Positions 1-12,641 of a stretch of DNA of 64,000 bases are shown here, piece after piece. The first letter of the stretch is position 1; every line of letters starts with the position of its first letter. A program made the translations under genes and the position numbers. Location of the stretch: NCBI GenBank assembly GCA_951406725.2, contig OX597835.1:21080001-21144000 (forward strand). The letters are read 5' to 3'. The stretch comes from Octopus vulgaris. Taxonomy: Eukaryota. Below the pieces are notes generated by a model. The model was not told where the DNA came from, did no database searches, and was given only the letters and a program-made list of their open reading frames with translations.

Positions 1-232
1 TTCTTTTTTCATCTCTCTTTTCTTTTGTTCCTTTTCCCTTTCTTTTTTTTTCTTTTATTCCTTTTATTTTTATTCTTTTTTTTTCATTTTTTTTTTGTTC
101 TTTTCTTCCCTTTTACGATCCCTCTTGATCGAAAACCTACGCCACCCCCTTTTTTTGCATCCCCCCAAAAGAAAAGCTCTACCTTGTAACTTGTCCCATC
201 TGTGTGCAGCCCTGTGTGACCAATAAAGAAAC
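1..232 (+). mobile_element. 3' end of an interspersed repeat, probably a LINE 3' UTR (family E)
   Basis: Pyrimidine-rich tract, then ...gctctaccttgtaacttgtcc...tgtgcagccctgtgtgaccaataaagaaa. Matches 21079-21345 in reverse complement. Confidence 0.6.
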
Positions 233-554
233 TTATTTCCTTTCCAACAACCCATCATCTCGATGAATGACCCCTGGAGAGAACTTTTATATAATGCTTG
301 CCACCAGGATCAACAGTAGAGTTTCTCAGTAGGTAACGTCAGCAATTATCATATAGCTGTGGTCTTCTTAACTGTTTAATATTCTATGTATTGAATATGT
401 GAACACCCTATCAATCTATCCAGTTGCGAATAATGCTTTATGCATTAAAATGTATTGACATTAATTTGACTATTTCCCTATCTTTGTATATTTATACATA
501 TATCTTCTTTATAGCAATCTGCCAAAGTTCCTATGCATCTATTTACATACATAC

Positions 555-561
555 ATAAATA

Positions 562-618
<57 letters not shown>

Positions 619-649
619 ATATATATATATACATATATATATATGTGTG

Positions 650-681
<32 letters not shown>

Positions 682-961
682 CTGTATATATATATGTATA
701 TATATAAATATACATATATATATATGTATATATAAATATACATATATATATATATATATATAGATATACGTATATATATATATGTATGTATATATAAATA
801 TACATATATATATGTATGTATATTTAAATGTATGTATAAATATACATATATATATATATATGTATATATATATGTATATTTAAATGCATGTATAAATATA
901 CATATATATATGTATATTTATATATGCATTTATATATATATATATATATATATATGTATTT

Positions 962-993
<32 letters not shown>

Positions 994-1019
994 CATACAT
1001 ATACATATATACGTATATT

Positions 1020-1052
<33 letters not shown>

Positions 1053-1080
1053 GTATATATAAATATACATATATATATAT
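555..1080. repeat. Degenerate (TA)n microsatellite tract, the first of dozens in the window
   Basis: Direct inspection. Confidence 0.95.
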
Positions 1081-1285
1081 AACGATTCTGCCAGCTCGCC
1101 ATCTTTCGGTATTCCAGTAATACACCCAAGTTAAGTAGCATTTAAAATCGACACACACGATTTGAGAAAGAAAAGTGCTAAATATAAATTCTGTATAATT
1201 TCTGCATAATTCTGTATAATTTGTTGTATTACCGTTTTTACCAATATATATATATATATTATTTAAAGCAGCAGAAAATTCAACA

Positions 1286-1331
1286 AAACCTGTTACTCTG
1301 AGTTTCCCGTTGCCGTTCATCGGACAGTTTT
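1286..1331 (-). ncRNA. Minimal type I hammerhead ribozyme motif (U4C variant) in a PLE-like end (1176-1335)
   Basis: Minus strand: aaactgt-CCGATGA-a cg gcaa cg g-GAAA-ctcagag-TA-acaggttt. Stem I ctgt/acag, stem III actc/gagt. Confidence 0.6.
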
Positions 1332-1613
1332 TGCTTTATATATATGGCAAGAAAAATTATTATACTCAGTAGGGTAATTGCCACGCAATAAACAACACTG
1401 GTGTATTAATTAGGTATTCTACAAGTAGTATATTGGATAGATTCTATCCCTTAGTTGGTTGGATTCACAACATCATTCTTTGAATTATATATACATATAT
1501 ACATGTTAGCTGTCCTCAAAATACTGCTAGAATGCGTTTTCCAAATGAAGGAAAGTGGACAACAACACTGGTATAGGCTCCTCTTCTGTCTGTTCATTGT
1601 TGTAGAACTATGA

Positions 1614-1844
1614 GCTCTACGAGGCTCCGGCAGGGGATGGTGGTGATCCTTGTTTCTGTTGTACCTGTATTTCAAAGGGCCGGCCTTGTCACTCTCTGTG
1701 TCACGCTGAATATCCCCGAGAACTACGTTAAGGGTACACGTGTCTGTGGAGTGCTGAGCCACTTACACGTTAATTTCACGAGCAGGCTGTTCCGTTGATT
1801 GGGTCAATCGGAACCCTCGTCGTCGTAACCGACGGAGTGCTTCC
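1614..1844 (+). mobile_element. SINE-A, 5'-truncated with an internal deletion
   Basis: Near-identical to the 3' part of 37916-38302. 10-bp TSD agaactatga at 1604-1613 and 1845-1854. Confidence 0.9.
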
Positions 1845-2377
1845 AGAACTATGAACTGGGAAATTTTGCAATCATGGATATCGTTCAGTACCATGGCATT
1901 CCGTAACGTGAAACGTATTTCCCATTGACTTTCCTATTACATGAAAGTGAATGTGGGATATGCTTCACGTTTAGTAATTCTGGCTACGTATCGCGGCAGG
2001 ATTTTTTCAGGAAAGTCACGACTCTCTAAACTGGTGATGAGATTTGTTTATGAATAAGTAACGCAACGGATTAGCACAAATGATTGGTTCCTACTTTAAC
2101 TACAAGTGCAGCTATTTTAAGGTAAGGGGATATATCAATACCATTGACCACAGTACTTGGCTGGGGTTATATGTTATCGACTCCGAAAGTTTGATTCCAG
2201 AACATAAGGAGAAAAGCTGGAACAAATATTGCTCATAACACTGATTCTACCAGGTCACCGCCTTGGATTAGCAGAAATCATACAGTATTTATGATATTTA
2301 ACTCTTTTCTTTCTCAAATCGTGTGTGTCAGTTTTTAAATTCTACTTAACTTGGGTGTATTACTGGAATACAGAAAG

Positions 2378-2592
2378 ATAGCGAGCTGGCAGAATCATTA
2401 GCACACCGGGCAAAATGCTTAGCGCCATTTCGTCCGTCTTTACATTCTGAGTTCAAATGACGCCGGCGTCAACTTTGCTTCTCATCCTTTCGGAGTCGAT
2501 AAAATAAGTACCAGCGAAATACTGGTGTCGATTTTATCGACTTAACCTCCTCCTCGAAATTGCTGATCTTGTGCACATAGTAGAAATTATCA
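2378..2592 (+). mobile_element. SINE-C, diverged copy with an alternative 3' tail
   Basis: Head gcgagctggcagaatc, B box gagttcaaat, central catcctttcggagtcgataaaataagtacc. Confidence 0.8.
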
Positions 2593-2834
2593 TTGGAGAT
2601 TCTCTCGCACACATGCACAAAATTACAACTGCTACGGTATATATGGGTGATATGAATACGTTGAGACTTCATGAAAGGTTCTCTCAAGACGAATTCTGCA
2701 AAATTCAGCGCTATTATAATATATCCGAGTAAAGTAAGGTATAAACACTTCCATTCTATTGTAATACTTCGTCCGTCGCTAATATTTATTTTTCTAATAA
2801 TCTTGCATTATTGATATATCTGTAAAGATATATC

Positions 2835-3200
2835 AGTGGTTAAAGAGCAGCGGACTCGCGGTCGTAGGATCGCGGTTTCGATTCCCAGACCGGGCGTTGT
2901 GAGTGTTTATTGAGCGAAAACACCTAAAGCTCCACGGGCTCCGGCAGGGATGGTGGTGATCCCTGCTGTACTCTTTCACCACAACTTTCTCTCACTCTTA
3001 CTTCTTGTTTCTGTTGTACCTGTATTTCAAAGGGCCGGCCTTGTCACTCTCTGTGTCACGCTGAATATCCCTGAGAACTACGTTAAGGGTACACGTGTCT
3101 GTGGAGTGCTCAGCCACTTGCACGTTAATTTCACGAGCAGGCTGTTCCGTTGATCGGATCAACCGGAACCCTCGTCGTCGTAACCGACAGAGTGCTTCCA
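2835..3200 (+). mobile_element. SINE-A, nearly full length
   Basis: tRNA-like head with B box ggtttcgattccc; body matches the other SINE-A copies. Confidence 0.9.
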
Positions 3201-3254
3201 TCCCATTGCTATATCTGGCACAGTAATATTTGTCTGGTTAGAGGCGACCGGACG

Positions 3255-3300
3255 CCTGCAACTGATGAGGCGCAGTACTCCGAAACCACTCGATCTGACA
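3255..3300 (+). ncRNA. Degenerate hammerhead-like motif
   Basis: CTGATGA(3262)-gg..cc-GAAAC. Stems I and III are poorly preserved. Confidence 0.35.
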
Positions 3301-3706
3301 AGTTCTGTGTTTTACGTCGGAGTGTTCTTGCCTGTTACGATATATGACTCTGCTAATAGCATCGTGCGTCAATATGAGAAGATGTTTCATTGTGTATAAG
3401 CGCATTATTCGACATCCTAATAGTACTTTCACGTAAAGTAGGATATAAAGATTGCCATTCAGAATTAACACTGCTTCCGCCGCTAATATTCATAATTTTA
3501 TAGATATATATTTGCTATTTCGAGCAAATCCGATTATGAGGTAAGGACTCTTCATAGGTCCGTTAAATCTTTATAAGGTCAGAGCAGATCAGACTGACAT
3601 TTGATTGAAAATATTCTGCTCATAACAATGGCAGAGTTATGAGTTGGAACAAAATTCCGATCCGTTTTCTAATTAATATTCAAAAATGATATTTTGATAT
3701 TTGTAC

Positions 3707-4155
3707 AGGCGTAGGTATGTTTGCGTGGGAAGAAAGCTTGCTTCCTGGCCATATGGTTCCGAGTTTCAGTAGCACTGCGTGGCCCCTCGGTAACTGTTTT
3801 CTGCTATATCCTTGGGCCAATTAAATACTTGTGAGTGGATTTGGTAGACGGAAACTGAAACATCATCATGTGTTTGTGTGTGTTTGTTTGTGTGTGTATG
3901 TGTGTGTGAGAGTTTGTGTGTGTTTGTGTGTGTTTGTGTGTGTGTTTACGTGTGTCCTTGCGTCTGTGTTTGTCCCCTTTGTCCCCATCACCTCTTAAAA
4001 ACTGGTGTTGACGTCCCTGTTCGGCAAAAAGGAGAAAATAAAATAATAATAAAGTTTTAAATAAGGACCAGGATTTATTCATTCGGGCAAAATATCCCGA
4101 GGGCGGTGCCACAGCATGGCCGCAGTCTAATAACTGAAGCAAATGAAATATAAAT
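3707..4155 (+). mobile_element. SINE-B, older diverged copy
   Basis: tRNA-like head, gagtggatttggtagacggaaactgaaa, internal (TG)n, tail ggcggtgccacagcatggccgcagtc. Confidence 0.8.
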
Positions 4156-4171
4156 GATAAAAGATACCTGT

Positions 4172-4262
4172 ATTCATCCATATATGTCCCATTTCGTTCC
4201 ACTACATTCTGCCATCTTTGAAGTAGCTTCTTGACTCCATCCTCCCAGAAATCTTTCTTGAT
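4172..4262 (-). pseudogene. mariner transposase C-terminal relic
   Basis: KDFWEDGVKKLLQRWQNVVERNGTYMDE resembles the mariner C-terminal GIxxLxxRWxxVVxxNGxY motif; compare 23250-23522. Confidence 0.65.
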
Positions 4263-4265
4263 CAT

Positions 4266-5465
4266 GAACTGACCAAAGCTGTAGACAAGTCGACAGAGAA
4301 GATTTCTGGCCCATCCTAACTAAGCTTGGTTGCCCACATAAGTTCACCACACTGATAAAACACTTTCTTAAGAATATGGCCGGTCAAATTCGTTGCAATG
4401 GCGATTACACCAACTCTTTCAACAACTCCAATTGTGTGAAACAGGTCTGCGTACTCGCTCCCGTCTTGCTCAACTTGTTCTTCACACAGGGCATATTTTA
4501 CTCAGTGAAAGACCTAGACCTGTGCACATGCCTTAAATATCGCTAAGATGGCTCTGTTTTTAACCTCCGCTGACTCTCTGCTCGAACCAAGTCAGTGGAA
4601 ACTCATCGCGGAATTCCTGTTTTGCATATATCTGTGTCTCTAATGGTATACAAGGAAAAATCACTTGCAGACCATTGTTGATCGCTTTGCAAAAGCAACA
4701 AGTCTCTTTGAACTGACCACGAGCCTTGAGAAAACTGAGGTTCTACTTCAAGCGGCCTCGAACAAAATTCACCCCAAACCAAATATCACCATTGAAGCAG
4801 TCCAGCTTAAGTGTGTGGAAAGTTTCAAGTACCTTGGCAACGCAATCTCAGTTGATGGATCATTAGACAGCGAAAGTTTATTCAGAATCCACAAGGCCAG
4901 CCAATCACTTGGAACACTGAGAGTGAAAGTCCACCAGTAGAAAGGTATCAGACTATCGACAAAGCTCAAGATCTACAAGGCTGAAGTCGTCGCTACACTA
5001 CTTTATGGACGTCGGCAAATCAAACACTGGAACTGTTTCACACAAGGACATTTGCTGGCAGGACAATGTGACAAACCTATAAAGTATTGCACAGAGCATG
5101 TTCAACGAATATTGAATCAATGTTGATGAAGGCTCAGCTACGCTGGACTGGTAATGTCATCAGAATGCCTTAAAACTGACCGCTGTTGTACTGCGAGATC
5201 ATGCATCTCACACAAACGAGAAAGTCGTAACCTGAAGTACAAAGACACTCTGAAAAATAACATCAACTGGAGCGGTAGACCCTGCCGCAGTTAGATCAGC
5301 GTGGCGGTCTCTCACCACACGAGCAACAGCTGCCTTCGAAGAGGACCGGCGTTAGCGTCTCAATGATCCAGAGAAAGACGTCACATGGCAGCATCCGCCT
5401 CAGTCCGATCAACAGACTGTCGCTGCGACATCTGTGAACCTCCGTGTTCTTCCAGTTTTGACCTG
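4266..5465 (+). mobile_element. RTE-clade LINE, decayed RT and C-terminal region
   Basis: Frameshifted motifs LTKA, VKQ.CVLAP, LQTIVDRFAKAT...KTEV, VESFKYLG, TKLKIYKA...TLLYG, QLRWTGNVIRM. Confidence 0.85.
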
Positions 5466-5532
5466 TCATATTTTATCAAAACAAATAAGATAGGATGTAT
5501 ATAATATAATGTAGTATGATATATCTCATTTC

Positions 5533-5887
5533 TCATTTACTTGTTTCAGTTATTTGACTGTGGACATGCTGGAGCACCGCCTTTAGTCGAGCAAATCGAC
5601 CCCAGGACTTATTCTTTGTAAGCCTAGTACTTATTCTATCGGTCTCTTTTGCCGAACCGCTAAGTTACGGAGACGTAAACAAACCAGCATCGGTTGTCAA
5701 GCGACGTTGGGGGGACGACAAACAGAGACACACAAACATACACATATATACATATATATAACGGGCTTCTTTCAGTTTCCGTCTACCAAGTCCACTCACA
5801 AGGCTTTGGTCGGCCCGAGGCTATAGTAGAAGACACTTGCCCAAGATGCCACGCAGTGGGACTGAACCCGGAACCATGTGATTGGTA
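5533..5887 (-). mobile_element. SINE-B, 5'-truncated
   Basis: High identity to 13975-14392 and the other copies. Confidence 0.9.
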
Positions 5888-5888
5888 C

Positions 5889-5930
<42 letters not shown>

Positions 5931-5978
5931 CAAACGCAGGATAATGCTAATAATATAGCCTGAACAGAAAAAAGTGTT

Positions 5979-6057
5979 GGCGGCTGGCTATGAGAGACGA
6001 ACTCACATCTCAGTTGTTACGGGTCGCGGTGCTCTGAACCATTAAGCTAAACCGCCC
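5979..6057 (-). pseudogene. tRNA-like sequence (tRNA pseudogene or SINE head)
   Basis: Minus strand gggcggtttagcttaatggttcagagcacc...gtgagttcgtctctcatagccagccgcc: A box, B box, ggcgg/ccgcc acceptor-like stem. Anticodon arm is not intact. Confidence 0.5.
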
Positions 6058-6683
6058 ACACCACAAATTCCTCTGCAAATTTAAGATAAATAGAAATCTC
6101 GCTTTATGAGACGCTATCATGCGTTAAATTTAAATTACGACGAACGTAAACAAAAGAAGTTTGCTTTAGAAGTGTTGAGATATCTTAGAGAGTTAAAGAA
6201 GTGATTTTAAATTCTCAAACGCAGGATTATGCTAATAATATAGCCTGAACAGGATAAGCTACCCCTATTTTGCAGAAAAACGCTTAGGCGGCCGGTTAAT
6301 GTATATTTATATGCATGTATATATAGTTCAAAGTTACAGAAAAAAAAGTCGAAGTTACGTGAGGGAACAATAAGAAAGTGTATTATGTTGACGCACAGGA
6401 AGCATGCAAAAGTCTTTAAAGTTTTGAGTCTACATTCTTCGATAGAAAGGGATGAGGAGACAAAAATGGAGAGAGAACGAAAAAAATGTGTGTGTGTGTG
6501 TGTGAGTGTGTGTGTGTGTGTGTGTGTATGTGTGTGTGTCTGTGTCTGTGTGTGTGTGTGTACTTAGGTGTATCTATGGTTTGGGTTTTGTCTGTGAGCT
6601 GCTAGAATTAACACATCCATCTTGGTATACATTATAAAACTGATTGAAATGGCGAGAGGGTCTAACGAGCGACTTATTTAAGC

Positions 6684-6791
6684 AATCACCTGAAGAGGCG
6701 CATCCTACATCTGGGATGTAAGATAATGACTGCACGGCATCTCACCTATGAACTACAGGTGTGAAGATCCGTCGAAACAATTGTAGTGATT
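6684..6791 (+). ncRNA. Type I hammerhead ribozyme with a ~70-nt insertion in stem-loop II
   Basis: aatcac-CTGAAGA-ggcg...cgtc-GAAAC-aatt-GTA-gtgatt. Perfect 6-bp stem I, intact core, palindromic stem III acaattgt. Confidence 0.75.
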
Positions 6792-7044
6792 TTAAATAAT
6801 GTCCTTCATTCCATTTTCTCTCATTTGTTTACGTAAGTATGTGTGTGTATGTATGTGTATATGCATATATTTAATATGTGTGTGTATTAATATATAAATA
6901 CATACATGTATGAATGTATGTATATATATATGTATATAAATATATAGATACCAACGGACCTACCTACATACTTATATACATATATACGTACCTACCAACA
7001 TACACACATACATAAATACATTCATACATTCAAGCATACATACA

Positions 7045-7078
<34 letters not shown>

Positions 7079-7221
7079 CATACATATATACATATATACA
7101 TACATACATACATGAACGCATACACACACCGTTGCATTTTTATGTAGTAACTAAGTTTGTGCTGCTACCAAAGCCGTATCTGAGATTAAATAATTTGCCT
7201 GTCTAGAGATATATACATATA

Positions 7222-7267
<46 letters not shown>

Positions 7268-7268
<1 letters not shown>

Positions 7269-7821
7269 TAGCTGGCGTACCCAGTAATTTCCGGTTCCGT
7301 TCTCATAATTGCTTCACTATTCCAATAACAATCCAAAGTAAATAACCTGAAAAGGGCTTTTGTGCGTTCCCAGAGAATATTACCCTAACCGGCGCTAGTG
7401 TTGGTATATTTTTGTTTAAGATACTAACCGAAATAAGTGGCTCTATTGTTTAGGAAAATACTATTTACTTGTTTAAGGGTTGTACTGGATAAATTGCGAA
7501 AATAACTCTAACAGCTCATATACTAAAAAATAAGCATAGTCAATTTGATTAATACCAAATGATTTAGCAAAATGAATGGGTAATTTCACTTGTCTGTTAA
7601 AATCTTGCGAATGAGTTATTTCCCTTGGCTGTTAAAATGAAAGATATTAGAAATATAAGAATCCCTTCCAAGGGCCATATTATCTATTTTTCAAAAATCT
7701 GGGTATGTCATGAGGTTTCCAGACATCGGTTCTACACACGTGTTAAGTTTCAGCGAAATCGATAGAACAATGTAGGAGCAGTTAGCTAACACTAACAACG
7801 TCACAAACACACCCACAGACA

Positions 7822-7830
<9 letters not shown>
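7268..7830 (-). mobile_element. Non-autonomous Helitron-like element
   Basis: Minus-strand 3' end is hairpin ccgg-aaatta-ctgg then CTAG|T. The 5' region has ctgtctgtgggtgtg as in the other Helitron heads and runs into a TA tract. Confidence 0.55.
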
Positions 7831-7868
<38 letters not shown>

Positions 7869-8191
7869 TATTATATTAAATTAGAGACAAAACCACTATT
7901 AAGCAAATCAAACAGTGAAAATCATAAGCCAATACGTAGAAATAAAATTAATTAAAAAATATATAAAAAATATAAAATATAAAATAAAAATCCAATTAAG
8001 ATATTTAAATTAAAATTAAAATTTTTTTAAATTATTTAAATTAATAATTTAAACTTATAAATTATAAATATATATATATCTTTATTATTATTTTATTTAA
8101 TTATTTATTTTTTCTTATATTTTTATTTTTATTTTTATTTATTTTCTTATAAACTATCAGAAAGTATTAAAAGTTTAATATAAGATAAGGA

Positions 8192-8234
<43 letters not shown>

Positions 8235-8411
8235 TACATACATATATGCAGAGACAGGCAGACAGACAGACAGAGGGTAGAGAGTGATAGATAGATGTTT
8301 AAATGCATAAATACATTCATAAACATTTGGTTTGGGCAGACGTCGGAGGTAAACAACGCCACCACCACCAAAACCATGACCACCACCACAACTACAACCA
8401 TTACCACAACC

Positions 8412-8938
<527 letters not shown>

Positions 8939-9431
8939 CTCTTTGATACCGTTAGGTGAAGAGTTATTCTCCAGTGCCTTCCAATTTAATATTTAATAAT
9001 TAATATTTGAGGAATCGTACGTTGATGAGCCGAAAATGATCGGGTAAGGTACAATTATTTATTCTTTATACCGATCTAATTCCGAAACGCATGTACGTGG
9101 GTAACCTGATATCGATTGACTTTCGTTAATCTTCCCACCGACCCATCGACCAACCGCCCAACCAACCAGCCAGTCCAGCCACCGACCAATCAAACATAAT
9201 ATTGAGGTCTCTTTCTTCTTTTGTTATCTTACCGTTTCTACCAATATTTATATATATATATATGCATATATATATATACATATATACATACGTGTATACC
9301 TGCGTACATACATGTGTTTGTGATTATATGTATGTATGTCTACACACACACACATACTCACGTGCATGCATGTATGTATGCATATAAATTAGTAGTATAA
9401 AATGTGGATGCTGAGAATCGTCGGCTGACTT

Positions 9432-9532
9432 AGCGGTTCACCAAACGAGGTCGATAAAATAACGTAGCGTTTCGCCAAACGAGATCGATAAAATGACTCA
9501 GCATTTCGCCAAACATTATCGATAAAATGACC
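9432..9532 (+). repeat. Three tandem ~34-bp units derived from a SINE-B internal segment
   Basis: agcg.ttc.ccaaacgag.tcgataaaat repeated three times; resembles SINE-B agcggttcggcaaaagagaccgatagaat. Confidence 0.6.
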
Positions 9533-9629
9533 AAGGTCATTTCAGAACAATTATAAATAAGTCTTACAGCTGTTTCCGGGATATTTTATATATTCCTTCA
9601 TCGGAGACGGTGTGAGAAAATAGCTGTAA

Positions 9630-10240
9630 TCTTAATCGACCACAACTGCTTAACTTCCCAAGCTAACCCTTCATATCTCACGGCTTTTCTTTCTTCCTCA
9701 TCACATACATTGTTGTCAGCCGGGCATGCTATATTTATGATCCAGCATAGTTTGTTTGCTTTCTCAATTAAGACTATGTCCGGCTTCCTATTCTTTATCT
9801 CATAGTTGCACTGAATCATAAAATTTCATAGGATATTTTCATTTCTATTTTCGACAATGCCTTCAAGTTTGTGGTCGTACCAATATTTTGCGCTGTCAAG
9901 TCCATACATGTTGCAAAAGTTCCAATGGATAAACCCGGCTATATTGTCGTAGCGTCTCCAATATTCTTCTGAGCTAGTGGTGTACATTGGCTGGCAATAT
10001 GCCATACGGTTTCACCGTTTTGTCCTCAGATCAGATTCTGCACGTATCACTTTCTGCTGTGTTGTCTATTCTGTATTTTATGTAGTTTGTCCTTAGTGCT
10101 TGCTCTTGGGAAGCACAGATTAGAGCCTCCGTTACCGATTTTAAATCACTTTTAGTCATCCAGAGCTATCTTCTATGTTTGTCTTATCTTCAACATCCTT
10201 ATAAAATTGACCATGCATTCTTTTCTTTAGCCACCCATTT
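9630..10240 (-). mobile_element. R4/Dong-like non-LTR retrotransposon relic (zinc knuckle plus restriction-like endonuclease)
   Basis: EALICASQEQALRTNY, CRI...ETVWHI...C, RKPDIVLIEK...IINIACP...K..RY..LAWEVKQLW. Confidence 0.85.
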
Positions 10241-10287
10241 TCAGTTTCATTCGTTTTCAATTTCTTGTATAGTGCTTTATCTTTGCA

Positions 10288-10354
<67 letters not shown>

Positions 10355-10489
10355 TGAAAGACTCAGATAGTGCTTAATAACTGGTTATTCTTTACTTGAA
10401 AGCAAATAGCTAATCCCCAAAGGTTTCAAGTAGTGCCTTCTCCCGTGACTGAAAGAAACAATACTCTCCTTAGAATGGGAGATTACCCA

Positions 10490-11010
10490 ATAATATTTTC
10501 TACTCTAGGCGCAAGTCCCGAAATTTTGGGAAGGGGGCCAGTCGATTAGATCGACCCCAGTACACAATTGGTACTTAATTTTATAGACCATAAAAGCATG
10601 AAAGGCAAAGACGACCTCGGCGGAATTTGAATTCAGACAGACGAAATACCTATTTCTTTTACTACCCACAAGGGGCTAAACACAGAGAGGACAAGCAAGG
10701 ACAGGTAAATGGATTAAGTCGATTATATCAACCCCAGTGCGTAACTGGTACTTAATTTATCGACCCCGAAAGGATGAAAGGCAAAGTCGACCTCGGTAGA
10801 ATTTGAACTCGGAACGCAAAGACAGACGAAATACCTATTTCTTTACTACCCATAAGGGGCTAAACATAGAGAGGACAAAAAAGGACAGACAAACGGATTA
10901 AGTTGATTATTTCGAACCTAGTGCGTAACTGGTACTTATTTAATCGATCCCGAAAGGATGAAATACCGCTAAGCATTTCGCCCGGCGTGTTAACGTTTCT
11001 GCCAATTCGC
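10490..11010 (-). mobile_element. SINE-C multimer (head plus three bodies; the last has the alternative tail)
   Basis: Repeated ~184-bp bodies joined at gacgaaatacctatttcttt (near 10641 and 10825). Confidence 0.85.
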
Positions 11011-11049
11011 TGTACCCAATAATGCTGTCTTCTGGCTCACCTCGAGCCT

Positions 11050-11134
<85 letters not shown>

Positions 11135-11395
11135 CTCTTCCTCTTCCCCTTCTTCCTCTTCTTCTTCTTCTTCTTCTTTTCTTGTTGTTGTTGTTGTCGT
11201 CGTCGTTGTTTCTAATATAATACAGGAGCGTAAATTTAGGGAAGGGTTCAGTCGATTAAATCGACACTATTACTTGACTAATAACAGCAACAACGACGAT
11301 AAAAAAAAGGCAAAGGGCTAAAAAACATGTTAACGACGTTGGAACCCAGGAAGCCATGAATAATAAAGACACAAGTCCAGCCGAGTATGGCAATA

Positions 11396-11697
11396 TCTTT
11401 ATATATAAAAGTAAAGTTGTGTGAGTGTCTGTCTCCTACGATTTAGATTCCTAACTACTCCCACATTTTGCGGTGCAGTTTAACCAAAAGCGGGTATCTT
11501 ATAGTCGTGATTCATATCAAGCCCTTCTGGGTATTAGCGCGCGTCTACGATGAGTCTACGATTAAAAAAAAAAATTTACCATAATTTTTTCCCATTTTTA
11601 ATGCATTTTTGCTATTATATAAGGGAAGTAACTCTCTAAAAATGCTTATATAGTTATTTCCCTTACAAACCCGAGCAACGCCGGGCAATACTGCTAG
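11396..11697 (+). mobile_element. Non-autonomous Helitron
   Basis: A|TC 5' end, 3' hairpin cccg(a)gc-aac-gccggg, CTAG|T terminus, no TSD. Confidence 0.8.
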
Positions 11698-11699
11698 TC

Positions 11700-12100
11700 T
11701 GCAATAAAACAAAAGAAATCTGTTATATAAAAACGTGCTCTTTTGCTCTTCAAATATCGAGGCGTTGTTTCGGGTTTGAAACTGTTCTAGACGCTTAAAC
11801 AAAGACAATGCACCTACAGTGTTCAGCAAGTTTTGTTTTGTGTTACACAAAACCGAAATGTTATTAGCAGATGTCAAAATATCTAACGCCTGATATAAGG
11901 ACAAGTTTTCTATGTCCTTCTACGTATTTAGAATTTTGTCTTATTTTGTTTAAAATTTAGCAACAAAATGTTAAATCTTCCCAATGCTATCAATTATCAA
12001 GTTCACAAATTTGTACAGACCAGCATTGAATCAATTCCACAGCGAACGTTGGAGCTTTTAAAGACTTTATACTAACAAAATTATTTATCGCTTAATTCAT
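11700..12100 (-). pseudogene. Possible hAT transposase relic
   Basis: Weak decayed similarity: a 'TRWN'-like segment and 'ALDILTSANNISVL'. Confidence 0.3.
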
Positions 12101-12610
12101 TCTTGTTCTGCTGCAAAATGGCTATAACCTTAAGCTAAGGAAAGAGCAGAAGAAAAACAACAATTCCAACGCAGAAACAAAGAATACAAAATAAAATTTT
12201 GGAAAATAAGTTAAATTAAAATGGAATAAATATAAATAAAAATGTATGCCAAAATTTCAAAGAGGAAATTTTCCAATCCTGTTGGCTATATAATTAAATT
12301 TGAAATAAGTTCAGTTGAAGAGTAAAGATTTTATGGAAGTTTATAATTCACATTTAATTGTATTGTATTCTAAGACCTTAGAAAATGATTCTATACACGA
12401 GGTGTATTTAATTAAAACAAATGTATAAACATACACACTCACACTCTCACACACGCATACAAATTCACAAAACATTCATACATATATATACACATACATA
12501 CATTATTCTATATACTTACAGGTATATATATATATATATATATATGTGTGTCTGTGTCTGTGTGTATATATATATATGTGTGTATATATATATATGTATA
12601 TATATATATT

Positions 12611-12641
<31 letters not shown>

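Noticed and set aside
9432-9532. Regularly spaced ~34-bp repeats resembling a CRISPR array
   Set aside because: No unique spacers, derived from SINE-B, eukaryotic context, no cas genes.
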